A stretch of DNA of 45,078 nucleotides from a virus (lineage: Duplodnaviria > Caudoviricetes). How positions within the stretch are numbered: the first letter of the stretch is position 1; every line of letters starts with the position of its first letter. Both the position numbers and the translations under genes were made by a program. The notes beneath the pieces are model-generated. The model was not told where the DNA came from and searched no databases. It saw only the letters and a list, made by a program, of their open reading frames with translations. The stretch spans positions 1-45,078 of the IMG/VR virus record IMGVR_UViG_3300038492_000430. One strand, 5' to 3'. Shown here piece by piece: positions 10,362 to 18,010 of this stretch.

Positions 10362-10538
10362 TTAGGTAAGGAGTAAAAAGGTTAAGGTGAGCCAGGGGAG
10401 GAAAGGGACTGCAGTTAGGAAGACTTCCTCTTTCCATGTCTTGTCTGGTTGCCATTCAGCTAACTCGTGCGCCTGCCCTATACGGAAAGCGAGTAAGACG
10501 ATGACGAAGATAATGATGTCGAGAATAATGTCGTCCAT
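10362..10538 (-). CDS. Small two-TM protein (58 aa, MDDIILDIIIFVIVLL...), not in ORF track
   Basis: Fills the gap; two hydrophobic segments. Confidence 0.7.
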   Translation of the reverse strand: MDDIILDIIIFVIVLLAFRIGQAHELAEWQPDKTWKEEVFLTAVPFLPWLTLTFLLLT

Positions 10539-10539
10539 A

Positions 10540-10710
10540 TTAGCGTCCGTTCATATTACGTATCGTTTCTGAGTCAATGATCCAGCACGCGCCTTCGTTT
10601 TGGCATTCGATTGTGTGACCGGATCGGTTAGTGATCGCGATAGTGGTTACTGTCACGCAAACGAGGAGAGTTGTGAGGAGGAGTGTGATTTGTGGGGAGA
10701 GTTTTCGCAT
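10540..10710 (-). CDS. Small membrane or secreted protein
   Basis: Basic N-terminus, hydrophobic helix, Cys pair. Confidence 0.65.
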   Translation of the reverse strand: MRKLSPQITLLLTTLLVCVTVTTIAITNRSGHTIECQNEGACWIIDSETIRNMNGR

Positions 10711-10749
10711 AAAGGAGCGCACATAAGCTGGTGCTTATGTGCGGTACCT

Positions 10750-10971
10750 CTAGGCAACAACTTCTGCGTCTAGGTTTTCTAGTTCGTACGCAGTAAGGGT
10801 TACGAAGTACTTCTTCATAGAAGATCCGTCCTTCGAACGTCCAGCGCATGACATGCCGTATGTACGGAATTCACCAGCGCCAGAGGCTGAGAGAACGCGT
10901 CGGAATCGTGTACCGTTTTCAGTTTCTAGTGATACGATGTCACCAACGTTTAGTGTTTGTAGGGAGTTCAT
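10750..10971 (-). CDS. Hypothetical protein (small beta-rich)
   Basis: ORF in operon; LNVGDIV start. Confidence 0.7.
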   Translation of the reverse strand: MNSLQTLNVGDIVSLETENGTRFRRVLSASGAGEFRTYGMSCAGRSKDGSSMKKYFVTLTAYELENLDAEVVA

Positions 10972-10981
10972 AAATATATGG

Positions 10982-11233
10982 TTAAGTAAGAGTTAGCTCT
11001 TTGTTAATAATTGCATCTCGCAATGATGTAAGAATTTTTCGATACGCGTAAGAGGCAATATTACGCTGATCGTTCTTTCCCTCCTTCTTAGCTAGGAGAA
11101 CACCCGCTTCAGAAAGAGTGAGTTGTTTGTGCAAGTACAATTGTATAATCTCTAAAGTTTCTTCATCTGTAGAGTTTTGAGGGTTGTTGGACCGGAGCTG
11201 TCGGATTTTTTCTTTTAAGTCAGCTCCTTGCAT
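10982..11233 (-). CDS. Hypothetical protein, possible HTH
   Basis: Helical; LTLSEAGVLLA segment. Confidence 0.7.
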   Translation of the reverse strand: MQGADLKEKIRQLRSNNPQNSTDEETLEIIQLYLHKQLTLSEAGVLLAKKEGKNDQRNIASYAYRKILTSLRDAIINKELTLT

Positions 11234-11245
11234 AAAGTTTGGTTA

Positions 11246-11596
11246 TTAGTTGGTTGATGAAGCGTTGTCTCGTGCGAGATCCTGCGCATTGATGATCGCC
11301 ATCCGCCCAATATCAATGAGAATTTTGTAAGGGTTTTTGTTATCTGGCAACTTATCGATTTCGTGCGCAGAAAGGTATGCCTCTCGCGCAATATTATTCA
11401 CAGTCTCGCCCGGCTTCTCCTCTGCGAGTTGGACTGCTTTCTGGAAAAGGTCCCAATGTCTTCCTTTCGGCTGCCACGAGTTGCGTGGAGCGCGCATACG
11501 ATGTTGATCATACGCTTTCAAGAAGTCATCGAACTCTTCGTCACTCGTAAACATACGTTTGAGAACCTTTGTCGAAAACGCGATGGGAGTCTTCAT
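11246..11596 (-). CDS. Hypothetical protein
   Basis: First gene behind the promoter at 11648-11676. Confidence 0.75.
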   Translation of the reverse strand: MKTPIAFSTKVLKRMFTSDEEFDDFLKAYDQHRMRAPRNSWQPKGRHWDLFQKAVQLAEEKPGETVNNIAREAYLSAHEIDKLPDNKNPYKILIDIGRMAIINAQDLARDNASSTN

Positions 11597-11647
11597 AAGT
11601 TTAGGGTGTTAGTTATGAGTAAGTTTGTTGATTACTTCAACAAGATC

Positions 11648-11676
11648 AATATAGCACAAGTATTAGCTATTGTCAA
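11648..11676 (-). promoter_or_regulatory. Sigma70 promoter with TTAGCTAT operator-like site in the spacer
   Basis: TTGACA-atagctaatacttgtgc-TATATT; near-identical to 14786-14814. Confidence 0.88.
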
Positions 11677-11699
11677 GAGGAGAGGGTTTGTGGTTGTGG

Positions 11700-11734
11700 A
11701 AAAATAAAGAAGGAGCAAGCTTGCGCCTACTCCT
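11700..11734 (-). terminator. Intrinsic terminator
   Basis: aggagtaggc-GCAA-gcttgctcct followed by tctttattttt. Confidence 0.8.
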
Positions 11735-11795
11735 ATCTCCGATCTAACCCCTATTGTGTGTGTATGTGAGAGATGAACAAGTTGTGTGTTCACCT
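11700..11795 (-). ncRNA. Candidate ~95-nt small RNA
   Basis: Bounded by the consensus promoter 11802-11830 and terminator 11700-11734; 5' hairpin ggtgaaca/tgttcatc; no ATG. Confidence 0.6.
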
Positions 11796-11801
11796 GAGAT
11801 G

Positions 11802-11830
11802 ACTATACCATTAAAGCTCGTACTTGTCAA
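11802..11830 (-). promoter_or_regulatory. Sigma70 promoter overlapping the end of the upstream gene
   Basis: TTGACA-17 nt-TATAGT with extended TG. Confidence 0.8.
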
Positions 11831-12683
11831 GAGACTTGTAGATGAACGCCTCGGGGAATCTTCCACGTATTTCACTTGCTATTGCGCGAGTATGTTCTTT
11901 TTTACATAAAATATAGATATTACTTTGATGGTATGAGTCGTGGAAGTAGATGGTCCGGTCAATATCTAACTCATGTGGAATGATGAGTGCCTCAGTTGTG
12001 GTGTAGCTTTGCACGCCAGGGTGTAGGAGCTCATTCCTCGACCAAAGATCGCGGAATTGTTTCAATAGGTCGAAACCTTTTCTACGATCACCATGAACAA
12101 TAACCGGCCTGTCTGTTGGGAACGTTGAGTTGATAATTGCCGCGATCTCCTGTGCGTTTACATCCTTTGGAAGTTCAGCGCAATAGTCGTTGTTCGGAAT
12201 AAACTCGAGCACTTTAGGTGTTTTGTTGACGATCTCGCCCTCTGATTCAGGAAAGATACGAAGGACATGAGAGAAAAACTCGTGATTTTTATCCCAATAA
12301 CTACAGATGGCCCATGCTCTCAACGAGCGACGGTCGAGTGGGAAGCGATCTGGGTCTGGTTCTGGTGGTGTTGGATCGATGTCTTGTATGCTGCGGAATG
12401 TTCCGCCTATGTCGTTATTTGTTGCATTGGAGATAACGAGTTTAACGAAATCTTCCTCACTTACATCGAGTAGGAACGCGATCTGAGCAGCGTCCTCCAT
12501 CGTCGGCTGTACGAGCCCTGTGAGCACTACCTTAAGTCGATCTTGATTGTAACCTTCCTTCTGTGCTTTTGCGAGAATCTTTTGTAGCACCGGATCATCG
12601 TTAATGTAGAAAGTTGGGAACGGGTTTTGACAGTTTTGCAACTGTAGAATTTCACGGATAATGTTGTTGTAATCTAATATCAT
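11811..12683 (-). CDS. Hypothetical protein with XRE-HTH-like N-terminal segment
   Basis: QPTMEDAAQIAFLLDVSEEDF resembles the C-terminal half of XRE HTH domains; ATGA overlap with the GATase stop. Confidence 0.55.
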   Translation of the reverse strand: MILDYNNIIREILQLQNCQNPFPTFYINDDPVLQKILAKAQKEGYNQDRLKVVLTGLVQPTMEDAAQIAFLLDVSEEDFVKLVISNATNNDIGGTFRSIQDIDPTPPEPDPDRFPLDRRSLRAWAICSYWDKNHEFFSHVLRIFPESEGEIVNKTPKVLEFIPNNDYCAELPKDVNAQEIAAIINSTFPTDRPVIVHGDRRKGFDLLKQFRDLWSRNELLHPGVQSYTTTEALIIPHELDIDRTIYFHDSYHQSNIYILCKKEHTRAIASEIRGRFPEAFIYKSLDKYEL

Positions 12684-13564
12684 ACACATTGTGGGACGTA
12701 GCCCTGTTTAAAGGTTATAACTTCGTTTTCTTTCGCTGAGAGGTTTTGGTAATACTCATCGCAAGCGTCACATATATCGTTAATATTTTTGACTGTACCA
12801 ACTGAGCAGGATTTACAAGCGTACGTTTGCGACACAGGTGTCGTACGATAGCCTGTATAGGGAGATTTTGTGATGGGTGTGATCAGTTTCGTTTCCTTCA
12901 AGAAGTTAAGCGTTGCAAAATCGTACTCGTACAAGGTGTCGATCGGCATTTGCTCATCTCCGGCGAGCGACGAGAACATCTCAAAGTCTTCTGATAGCAC
13001 TTGTTTAAGCGGTTTGTTTAGTGAGTTGTGGTAGGCGTACAGTTTTTGTGGGTGATTATTTTCATCTGCTTCGATAATAATAACGGCCGCGTAACCTCGG
13101 AAGCGTGGTTTTTCGATCTCTCCTGAGAGGTAGAGAGCGAATTCGATTGCGAGTGCTTCAGAGTCATTGAAGGTGTTTGCTTTTGTGAGAGTGGTGTAGG
13201 GGATGTTAAGGGGATCGTGATGATCCTCTTTTAGTTCCTCTGCATTGAGAACGCTTCCGTTATGAATAACGTAATAGTTCTTGTTTCCACGCTTAATGTG
13301 AAACGGATGCGTTTGCTGGATCGTATTCTTTGTAGAAGTTGGTTTACGGTGGTGAAAGAGGATTTCTTTCGAGTCGATTTGGGTGAGAAGGTCAAGGATT
13401 TCGTGTTCGTGTTCGGCACGTTTGATTTGAACTTGATTGTTTTCATCAACGTAAGCGAATCCGAAACCTTCTACACCACGCTCACGCTGTGCGAGATACT
13501 GAAACTCGGTGAGTAGGTTGGTTGTGGCGGGGTGGTCTGATTTGGTAAAGATAATTCCACACAT
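12680..13564 (-). CDS. Class II (Ntn) glutamine amidotransferase, copy A
   Basis: N-terminal MCGI (catalytic Cys), RG..GFG, HHR, HP, HNG, NDSE; C-terminal CxxC...CxxC. Confidence 0.9.
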   Translation of the reverse strand: MCGIIFTKSDHPATTNLLTEFQYLAQRERGVEGFGFAYVDENNQVQIKRAEHEHEILDLLTQIDSKEILFHHRKPTSTKNTIQQTHPFHIKRGNKNYYVIHNGSVLNAEELKEDHHDPLNIPYTTLTKANTFNDSEALAIEFALYLSGEIEKPRFRGYAAVIIIEADENNHPQKLYAYHNSLNKPLKQVLSEDFEMFSSLAGDEQMPIDTLYEYDFATLNFLKETKLITPITKSPYTGYRTTPVSQTYACKSCSVGTVKNINDICDACDEYYQNLSAKENEVITFKQGYVPQCV

Positions 13565-13594
13565 AGAGTTGAGAGTTAGAGTTAAGGTTTGAGA

Positions 13595-14749
13595 TTAATA
13601 GTTTGAGTTTGTGTTAGTGCAAGACTGGACGACTTCAAAGAAGCCACGGGTTTCTAAGGCGCTTGTTGAGCGTTGTTGTCGTATATGTTTTTGGAGAACT
13701 TGATCGTTTAATCGTTGGAGGATTGTGGCGTCGTTGTAGTATTTCTTCGAACATAAAGCTTCAACAGTCCTCATGAGAGAATTTGTGTCCTTCGGAAGCT
13801 TAATCTCTGTGTCTATAAACTTACTGAGTTCTAGTGTGTTCAGTGAGAAGAGTTTCTGGATGTTAGGGGGTAGCTTGTTGAGAAGCCCTTCTCGTTTACT
13901 GAGGAGATCTGCTTTTGCTTTTAAGAATATTTTCTCGTGCTTCTTGAAGCGTTTGTTGAAGTAGGTTGTAACGGTTTCCGGGAGGTCAAGGTGTTCTTGG
14001 AGGTGTTTGTAACGGCTGCGTGGTGTTGGGAAGTCGGAGAGGTCTGGGAAGTTGTCATCGAGGATTGCTTGTACGACTTCTTGGCAGAACGTTGCATACG
14101 CAATGATTTCGTCTGCGTCGAGTGAGCCTTCATGGTAGCGGAACTCTACCGTGTTCTTGCCTGCAAAGATATTGTGAACATTAATACCATAATACTTCTC
14201 TCGGATGTACCGTTCACGTTTGCGGTGCGTAATCGTACGTTTAGACGGTGTTCTGTAGAGAAGGTAGTCTACGATAGACGCCTCAGCGTTCGCGAACATC
14301 TCGTACGGGTTCGTAAACGTAAGGAAATACGGACGCGAGTACTTTGATGTTAGACGTTTAGTGGGTTGGGAAGCATAAAAGATGTCTTCTAGCTGAATAG
14401 CAGCGAGGATCAGTTTTTTGATTGCGACCTTGTGATAGGGGAAGGAGACGTGAATATGGAGTCCGCAGGAATCGTTCACGTAAGCGTCGTTGTCGTTGAG
14501 GGCGCTGGTGAGGTCGTGGATGAGGGAGGTAAAGATCTCGCCATTTGCGGGCGGAGTCTGATACTCCTGCGCGTAGTTTCCGCCAGAGAGTGAGCCGTCT
14601 GCGCAGTATCCTATAGAGGAGGGGATGGAGTTATTGACGAGCGGGAATGTATCAGAATCGTCTGAGAGCGCTTCAATTTCTGCGCCGATGGTTAAGGGAG
14701 AGCTGGCGTTCGGGTCTAGCTGAGGGGCCAGCGAAACAGGTCGTGACAT
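13595..14749 (-). CDS. Putative amidoligase (glutamine synthetase-like COOH-NH2 ligase), copy A
   Basis: GAEIE, DGSL, EYQTP, SCGLHIH, YYGIN, TVEFRYHEGSL. Start reassigned to ATG 14749, downstream of the promoter. Confidence 0.88.
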   Translation of the reverse strand: MSRPVSLAPQLDPNASSPLTIGAEIEALSDDSDTFPLVNNSIPSSIGYCADGSLSGGNYAQEYQTPPANGEIFTSLIHDLTSALNDNDAYVNDSCGLHIHVSFPYHKVAIKKLILAAIQLEDIFYASQPTKRLTSKYSRPYFLTFTNPYEMFANAEASIVDYLLYRTPSKRTITHRKRERYIREKYYGINVHNIFAGKNTVEFRYHEGSLDADEIIAYATFCQEVVQAILDDNFPDLSDFPTPRSRYKHLQEHLDLPETVTTYFNKRFKKHEKIFLKAKADLLSKREGLLNKLPPNIQKLFSLNTLELSKFIDTEIKLPKDTNSLMRTVEALCSKKYYNDATILQRLNDQVLQKHIRQQRSTSALETRGFFEVVQSCTNTNSNY

Positions 14750-14785
14750 ACGTAAGGGGTTAGGGTTAGGTACGTTGTGTCTTGG

Positions 14786-14814
14786 AGTATAGCACAAGTT
14801 TTAGCTATTGTCAA
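14786..14814 (-). promoter_or_regulatory. Sigma70 promoter with TTAGCTAT operator-like site
   Basis: TTGACA-atagctaaaacttgtgc-TATACT. Confidence 0.88.
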
Positions 14815-15004
14815 ATAACGGCCGTGTTGCAGTGATTCTGTGGCATTGGGTGCAGATGCGAAAAGTGGTGGGAACGCCTTCGAGAAAGGCGTCGTGGTAG
14901 TTAACGGGAGCGCCGTGGCAACGAGAAACATACCCGATAACTTTATACTTGTGTTGGCGGTAACGCTTGCGTTTGAGGGAATGTTTCTGGAAGTAGTTAC
15001 TCAT
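14801..15004 (-). CDS. Small basic zinc-binding protein
   Basis: SRCH...CTQC; ATGA overlap with the upstream gene. Confidence 0.7.
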   Translation of the reverse strand: MSNYFQKHSLKRKRYRQHKYKVIGYVSRCHGAPVNYHDAFLEGVPTTFRICTQCHRITATRPLFDNS

Positions 15005-15627
15005 GAGAGATAGTTGACGGCTTCGATAAAGGTTTTGTTTTGTGTGGCTTGAATGAAATCGATTGTGTCACCGTGCGCTTGGCAGCCGAAACAGTGATAG
15101 TGAGGTGGCTCGTCGGGTGATTCGAAGATAGTGAATGACGGCGTTGACTCTTCGTGAAAGGGGCAGAGGGTCTTTGTGCGGTGGTTTAGCGTTTTCGTTG
15201 GTGTTTGGATAAACGGAGTGATCGGTTGGTTACGCGCACGTTGGAGCTTTTGTTGGAATTCCTGTTGACGTTGACGGTTGTGTTGTGCGGAGGCTGTTGA
15301 GTGTCTCAGGAGGCGTTTTAAGCGTCTTAAATGCTTTCTATAGGGTTCACGCCATGCTTCGACTAAAACGTTGTCTGGGAGGTGTTCTATGCGTTTGAGG
15401 ATGCGCTGGTAGTGAATGTATGCGTTCTGGATAAGTGGGAGCGTGTCTGCGTTTACGAGGTCGTAAGCGTTCGGTTTAGAGTGAGAGGCGTAGGCTGACG
15501 TTTTTGTAGCGGTTCTTCTTATCTCTTGAGGAGATGATGTCTTTGTTGTCTGAGAGGGCGCGGAAGAAGTTGACGGAGTTTGCGGGCTTGTGACCGTTAC
15601 GTTCGCACCAGAGGGTGTAGTGGCCAT
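15001..15627 (-). CDS. CHC2 (DnaG-type) zinc-finger domain protein; start uncertain
   Basis: CPFHEESTPSF...YHCFGC...GDTIDF...FIEAVNYL. The nearest in-frame ATG is 15627, inside the D5 gene. Confidence 0.8.
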   Translation of the reverse strand: MATTPSGANVTVTSPQTPSTSSAPSQTTKTSSPQEIRRTATKTSAYASHSKPNAYDLVNADTLPLIQNAYIHYQRILKRIEHLPDNVLVEAWREPYRKHLRRLKRLLRHSTASAQHNRQRQQEFQQKLQRARNQPITPFIQTPTKTLNHRTKTLCPFHEESTPSFTIFESPDEPPHYHCFGCQAHGDTIDFIQATQNKTFIEAVNYLS

Positions 15628-16831
15628 AAATGGTATCGTTTGAGGTTTTGATGTTGTTTTCGGGATCGATTGTGAGTTCTTCATCGATGAAACGTAGGAT
15701 TGGTGAAGACTCTTGCTTGAAGAGTTCCTTTGTCTGGAGCGTCGACGGCGGGATAGTGAATTCCTGATTACGGCCGAGAAAGGCTTGACCGTGGGTGAGT
15801 GCGTCTCGGACAATCCCCGGCGCCTCACGCTTTAGGAGGTTGAAGAGGTCCTTAATCTGTTCGTTTACGGGAACGGGGTACTTAAACTCAATGAAATGGA
15901 GCCGGCGGAGGACGCCTTCGTCAATGTTCTGGAACTGTGGGAGTTGGTTTGAGCTGAAGATGAACTTTGTCGTTGGCGTCATTGTGAACGGTTGTTGGAA
16001 CTTCCGCGATACCTCCATAGGCCGATTGGAAACGAGGGCTTTTAACTTATCCGCTCGCACAAACTTCGACTCATCTTCGTCGAGAATGTTTACGCGTTTG
16101 CCCGCGAGTTCGACAATATAATATTGGCTCGTTGTGAGAGACTGAAGAGAGAACGCCGTCGTATAATGATCGCCAATAATATACGTTAAAAGATCGAGAA
16201 ATGTTGACTTTCCCGTTCGTGCAGCACCATAGAGGAAGAATGTCGCTGGTTCCTGCGATTGAGGGTAGAGGTAGTAAGCGATCAACTCGTACATGAGGGT
16301 TTGGAGCTTCTCGTAATCATCTTCTTGAGAGAAAGCGCTTTTGAGGAAACGCTCAAAGTATGGCGTTTGTGTCGTGATCATCTCTTCGTAAGAGAAAGGG
16401 AGCTCGTGAAAGCAAAAAAGATCCGGTGACGGCTGGACCACCTCGAGCGTTTTTACGTTTATGATCGCGCCTTGCGGATGCTCATCATCTGGCTGTAAGT
16501 ATGAGTATGGCGTGTAATACAACTGAGAATACTGACGCGGGATATTACGGATAAGCGCGCGATGAAGGTCGAGGAGGCGTGAAGATGTAATTGAGAGTTC
16601 GGGATACGACTCACGTAAAAAGCTTTCTAAAAGTCTCGCGACAGGTCCGGTGTAAAAATCATCGACAGGTAGTATCTTCCAAACACCTGAGTTATACGTA
16701 TAAATTGACTGATCGTTTTTGTTAAAAAGGAGGTGTTTTGAGGGGACAATAACGGAATCATCATCTTGTACAATCGGAGTAATAAGAAAAGCATCTACGA
16801 TTTCTTGTATCGTGGGAGTTTTCGTTGGCAT
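15476..16831 (-). CDS. D5/P4-family SF3 helicase (primase-associated ATPase)
   Basis: Walker A GAARTGKST, Walker B ILDEDE, motif C FSSN, RRL finger, C-terminal winged-helix-like Y..WC..NG. Start reassigned to ATG 16831. Confidence 0.88.
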   Translation of the reverse strand: MPTKTPTIQEIVDAFLITPIVQDDDSVIVPSKHLLFNKNDQSIYTYNSGVWKILPVDDFYTGPVARLLESFLRESYPELSITSSRLLDLHRALIRNIPRQYSQLYYTPYSYLQPDDEHPQGAIINVKTLEVVQPSPDLFCFHELPFSYEEMITTQTPYFERFLKSAFSQEDDYEKLQTLMYELIAYYLYPQSQEPATFFLYGAARTGKSTFLDLLTYIIGDHYTTAFSLQSLTTSQYYIVELAGKRVNILDEDESKFVRADKLKALVSNRPMEVSRKFQQPFTMTPTTKFIFSSNQLPQFQNIDEGVLRRLHFIEFKYPVPVNEQIKDLFNLLKREAPGIVRDALTHGQAFLGRNQEFTIPPSTLQTKELFKQESSPILRFIDEELTIDPENNIKTSNDTIYGHYTLWCERNGHKPANSVNFFRALSDNKDIISSRDKKNRYKNVSLRLSL

Positions 16832-16840
16832 GTGCGTTTG

Positions 16841-16870
16841 AGGATAGCAGAAAGTGGGTGTTAGGGTCAA
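16841..16870 (-). promoter_or_regulatory. Promoter for the D5 helicase (near-leaderless mRNA)
   Basis: TTGACC-18 nt-TATCCT with extended TG, 9 nt before the ATG. Confidence 0.6.
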
Positions 16871-16899
16871 TGAAAGGTGTGGACATATATGCCCCTGGC

Positions 16900-17450
16900 A
16901 GGCTGTTTTGAGAGGTGTTTTCGTGGGTGTTTTCGTGGGTGTTTTAGGAGGCTCAAAAGGGGGCGTTTTTGGGGGCTGTTGAGGGGGTGTCAAAACGGGT
17001 GACGACTCACTGAAAGAGCTGTCACCCATCCGTCACCTTTAGCTAAAAGTATAACGAAAAAGGGTGAGTTATCCACAGTTTATCCACAAAAAGGTGACGA
17101 CGATGACGACTGGGTGACGACTAGCTGTCACCGATTTTTGCGCTAAAGTTAGCGAAAAAAAAACGCTGGTGACGGGATGACGACTAATTTGTAAACCTTG
17201 AAAATAAAAACTATAGTAAAAGCTTACTTTTCCGCTAATGTTAGCGAAATAATGGACTTTTCCACAGTTTTTTAATTTTAAAGGATTGGAAAACAGTCGT
17301 CATCTGTCACCAGGAGCCTATTTTGGGGTTAATTTTCGCCTTTGATGGAACACGCAAACGCGGGCGAAAAAGTAGGTGTTTTTTCGGGGTGATTTGTGGT
17401 GGATTTTTCGCCTTCACGGCTCACTTGCTTTTCGGCCTTTTGTGGAACGT
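16900..17450. other. Putative replication origin (iterons, DnaA boxes, AT-rich core)
   Basis: TTATCCACA at 17069 and 17080; many (G/A)TGAC(G/A) repeats in both orientations; AT-rich 17185-17290; between divergent helicase and resolvase genes. Confidence 0.8.
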
Positions 17451-17454
17451 GTGT

Positions 17455-17484
17455 TTGCGCCAACTTTTAGGAGGGGTGTATAGT
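17455..17484 (+). promoter_or_regulatory. Promoter, probably giving a leaderless transcript
   Basis: TTGCGC-18 nt-TATAGT, 6 nt before ATG 17491. Confidence 0.55.
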
Positions 17485-17490
17485 TTGTGT

Positions 17491-17940
17491 ATGAAAGAAT
17501 CTAAGATGCAAACCGCTTTCGGAAAGTGGTTACGAAAAGGTGAGGGGAGCGAAGTCTTTCCGTTTCCTTGTGCGTTTGAGTTGAAACTCAAGGAGCGAGG
17601 GAAACGGTTACCATTCCGCGCTGTTGCTGATCATCAAGAGGAGGCGTTAATGTCTGCGATTGGGTTAGGAGAGGGCTCGCCTGGCGTTTATTACAAACTT
17701 ACTGATCTTTCGGTAGGTCGCAAGCCGTTCGATTGCTTTTGGCTTACTGGAGCGCGAACAGGGGCGTTTGTGATTGCGGGGTGGTGGGAGAAAGGAGCTG
17801 GCGTTCATACATACGCAATGGATATTCGTGATTATCTCGATATGAAGACCGCTAAGCAGAGTGGGGGCGTGAGAAGTGCTGCCGAAAGCGATTTTAGTGA
17901 AGAAAGCGACTACGGAGGTTTCAGGATAGCCACGCTATAG
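17491..17940 (+). CDS. RecU-like Holliday junction resolvase (PD-(D/E)XK)
   Basis: AFELK...LPF..V..HQ..AL and YKLTD....KPFDC motifs. Start reassigned to ATG 17491. Confidence 0.65.
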   Translation: MKESKMQTAFGKWLRKGEGSEVFPFPCAFELKLKERGKRLPFRAVADHQEEALMSAIGLGEGSPGVYYKLTDLSVGRKPFDCFWLTGARTGAFVIAGWWEKGAGVHTYAMDIRDYLDMKTAKQSGGVRSAAESDFSEESDYGGFRIATL

Positions 17941-17971
17941 GGTCTAGGAGGCTCTGAGAACGGTTTAAATC

Positions 17972-18004
17972 AAAAAAGCGGGTTGTGTACCCGCTTTTGC
18001 TTTT
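17972..18004. terminator. Bidirectional intrinsic terminator
   Basis: aaaagcgggt-tgtgt-acccgctttt between convergent genes. Confidence 0.88.
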
Positions 18005-18010
18005 ACGCGC

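Noticed and set aside
14755-14772. Telomere-like TTAGGG repeats
   Set aside because: Only one or two copies per site; better explained as C/A-rich unstructured leaders on the minus strand.
16832-17029. Pro/Thr/Lys-rich N-terminal extension of the D5 ORF in the track
   Set aside because: It is translated origin repeat DNA; a promoter at 16841-16870 points to ATG 16831.
16990-17320. Possible CRISPR mini-array
   Set aside because: Repeats are short, irregularly spaced and in both orientations; no cas genes.
17323-17490. N-terminal extension of the resolvase ORF
   Set aside because: It runs through origin-flank repeats and the promoter; ATG 17491 is the better start.
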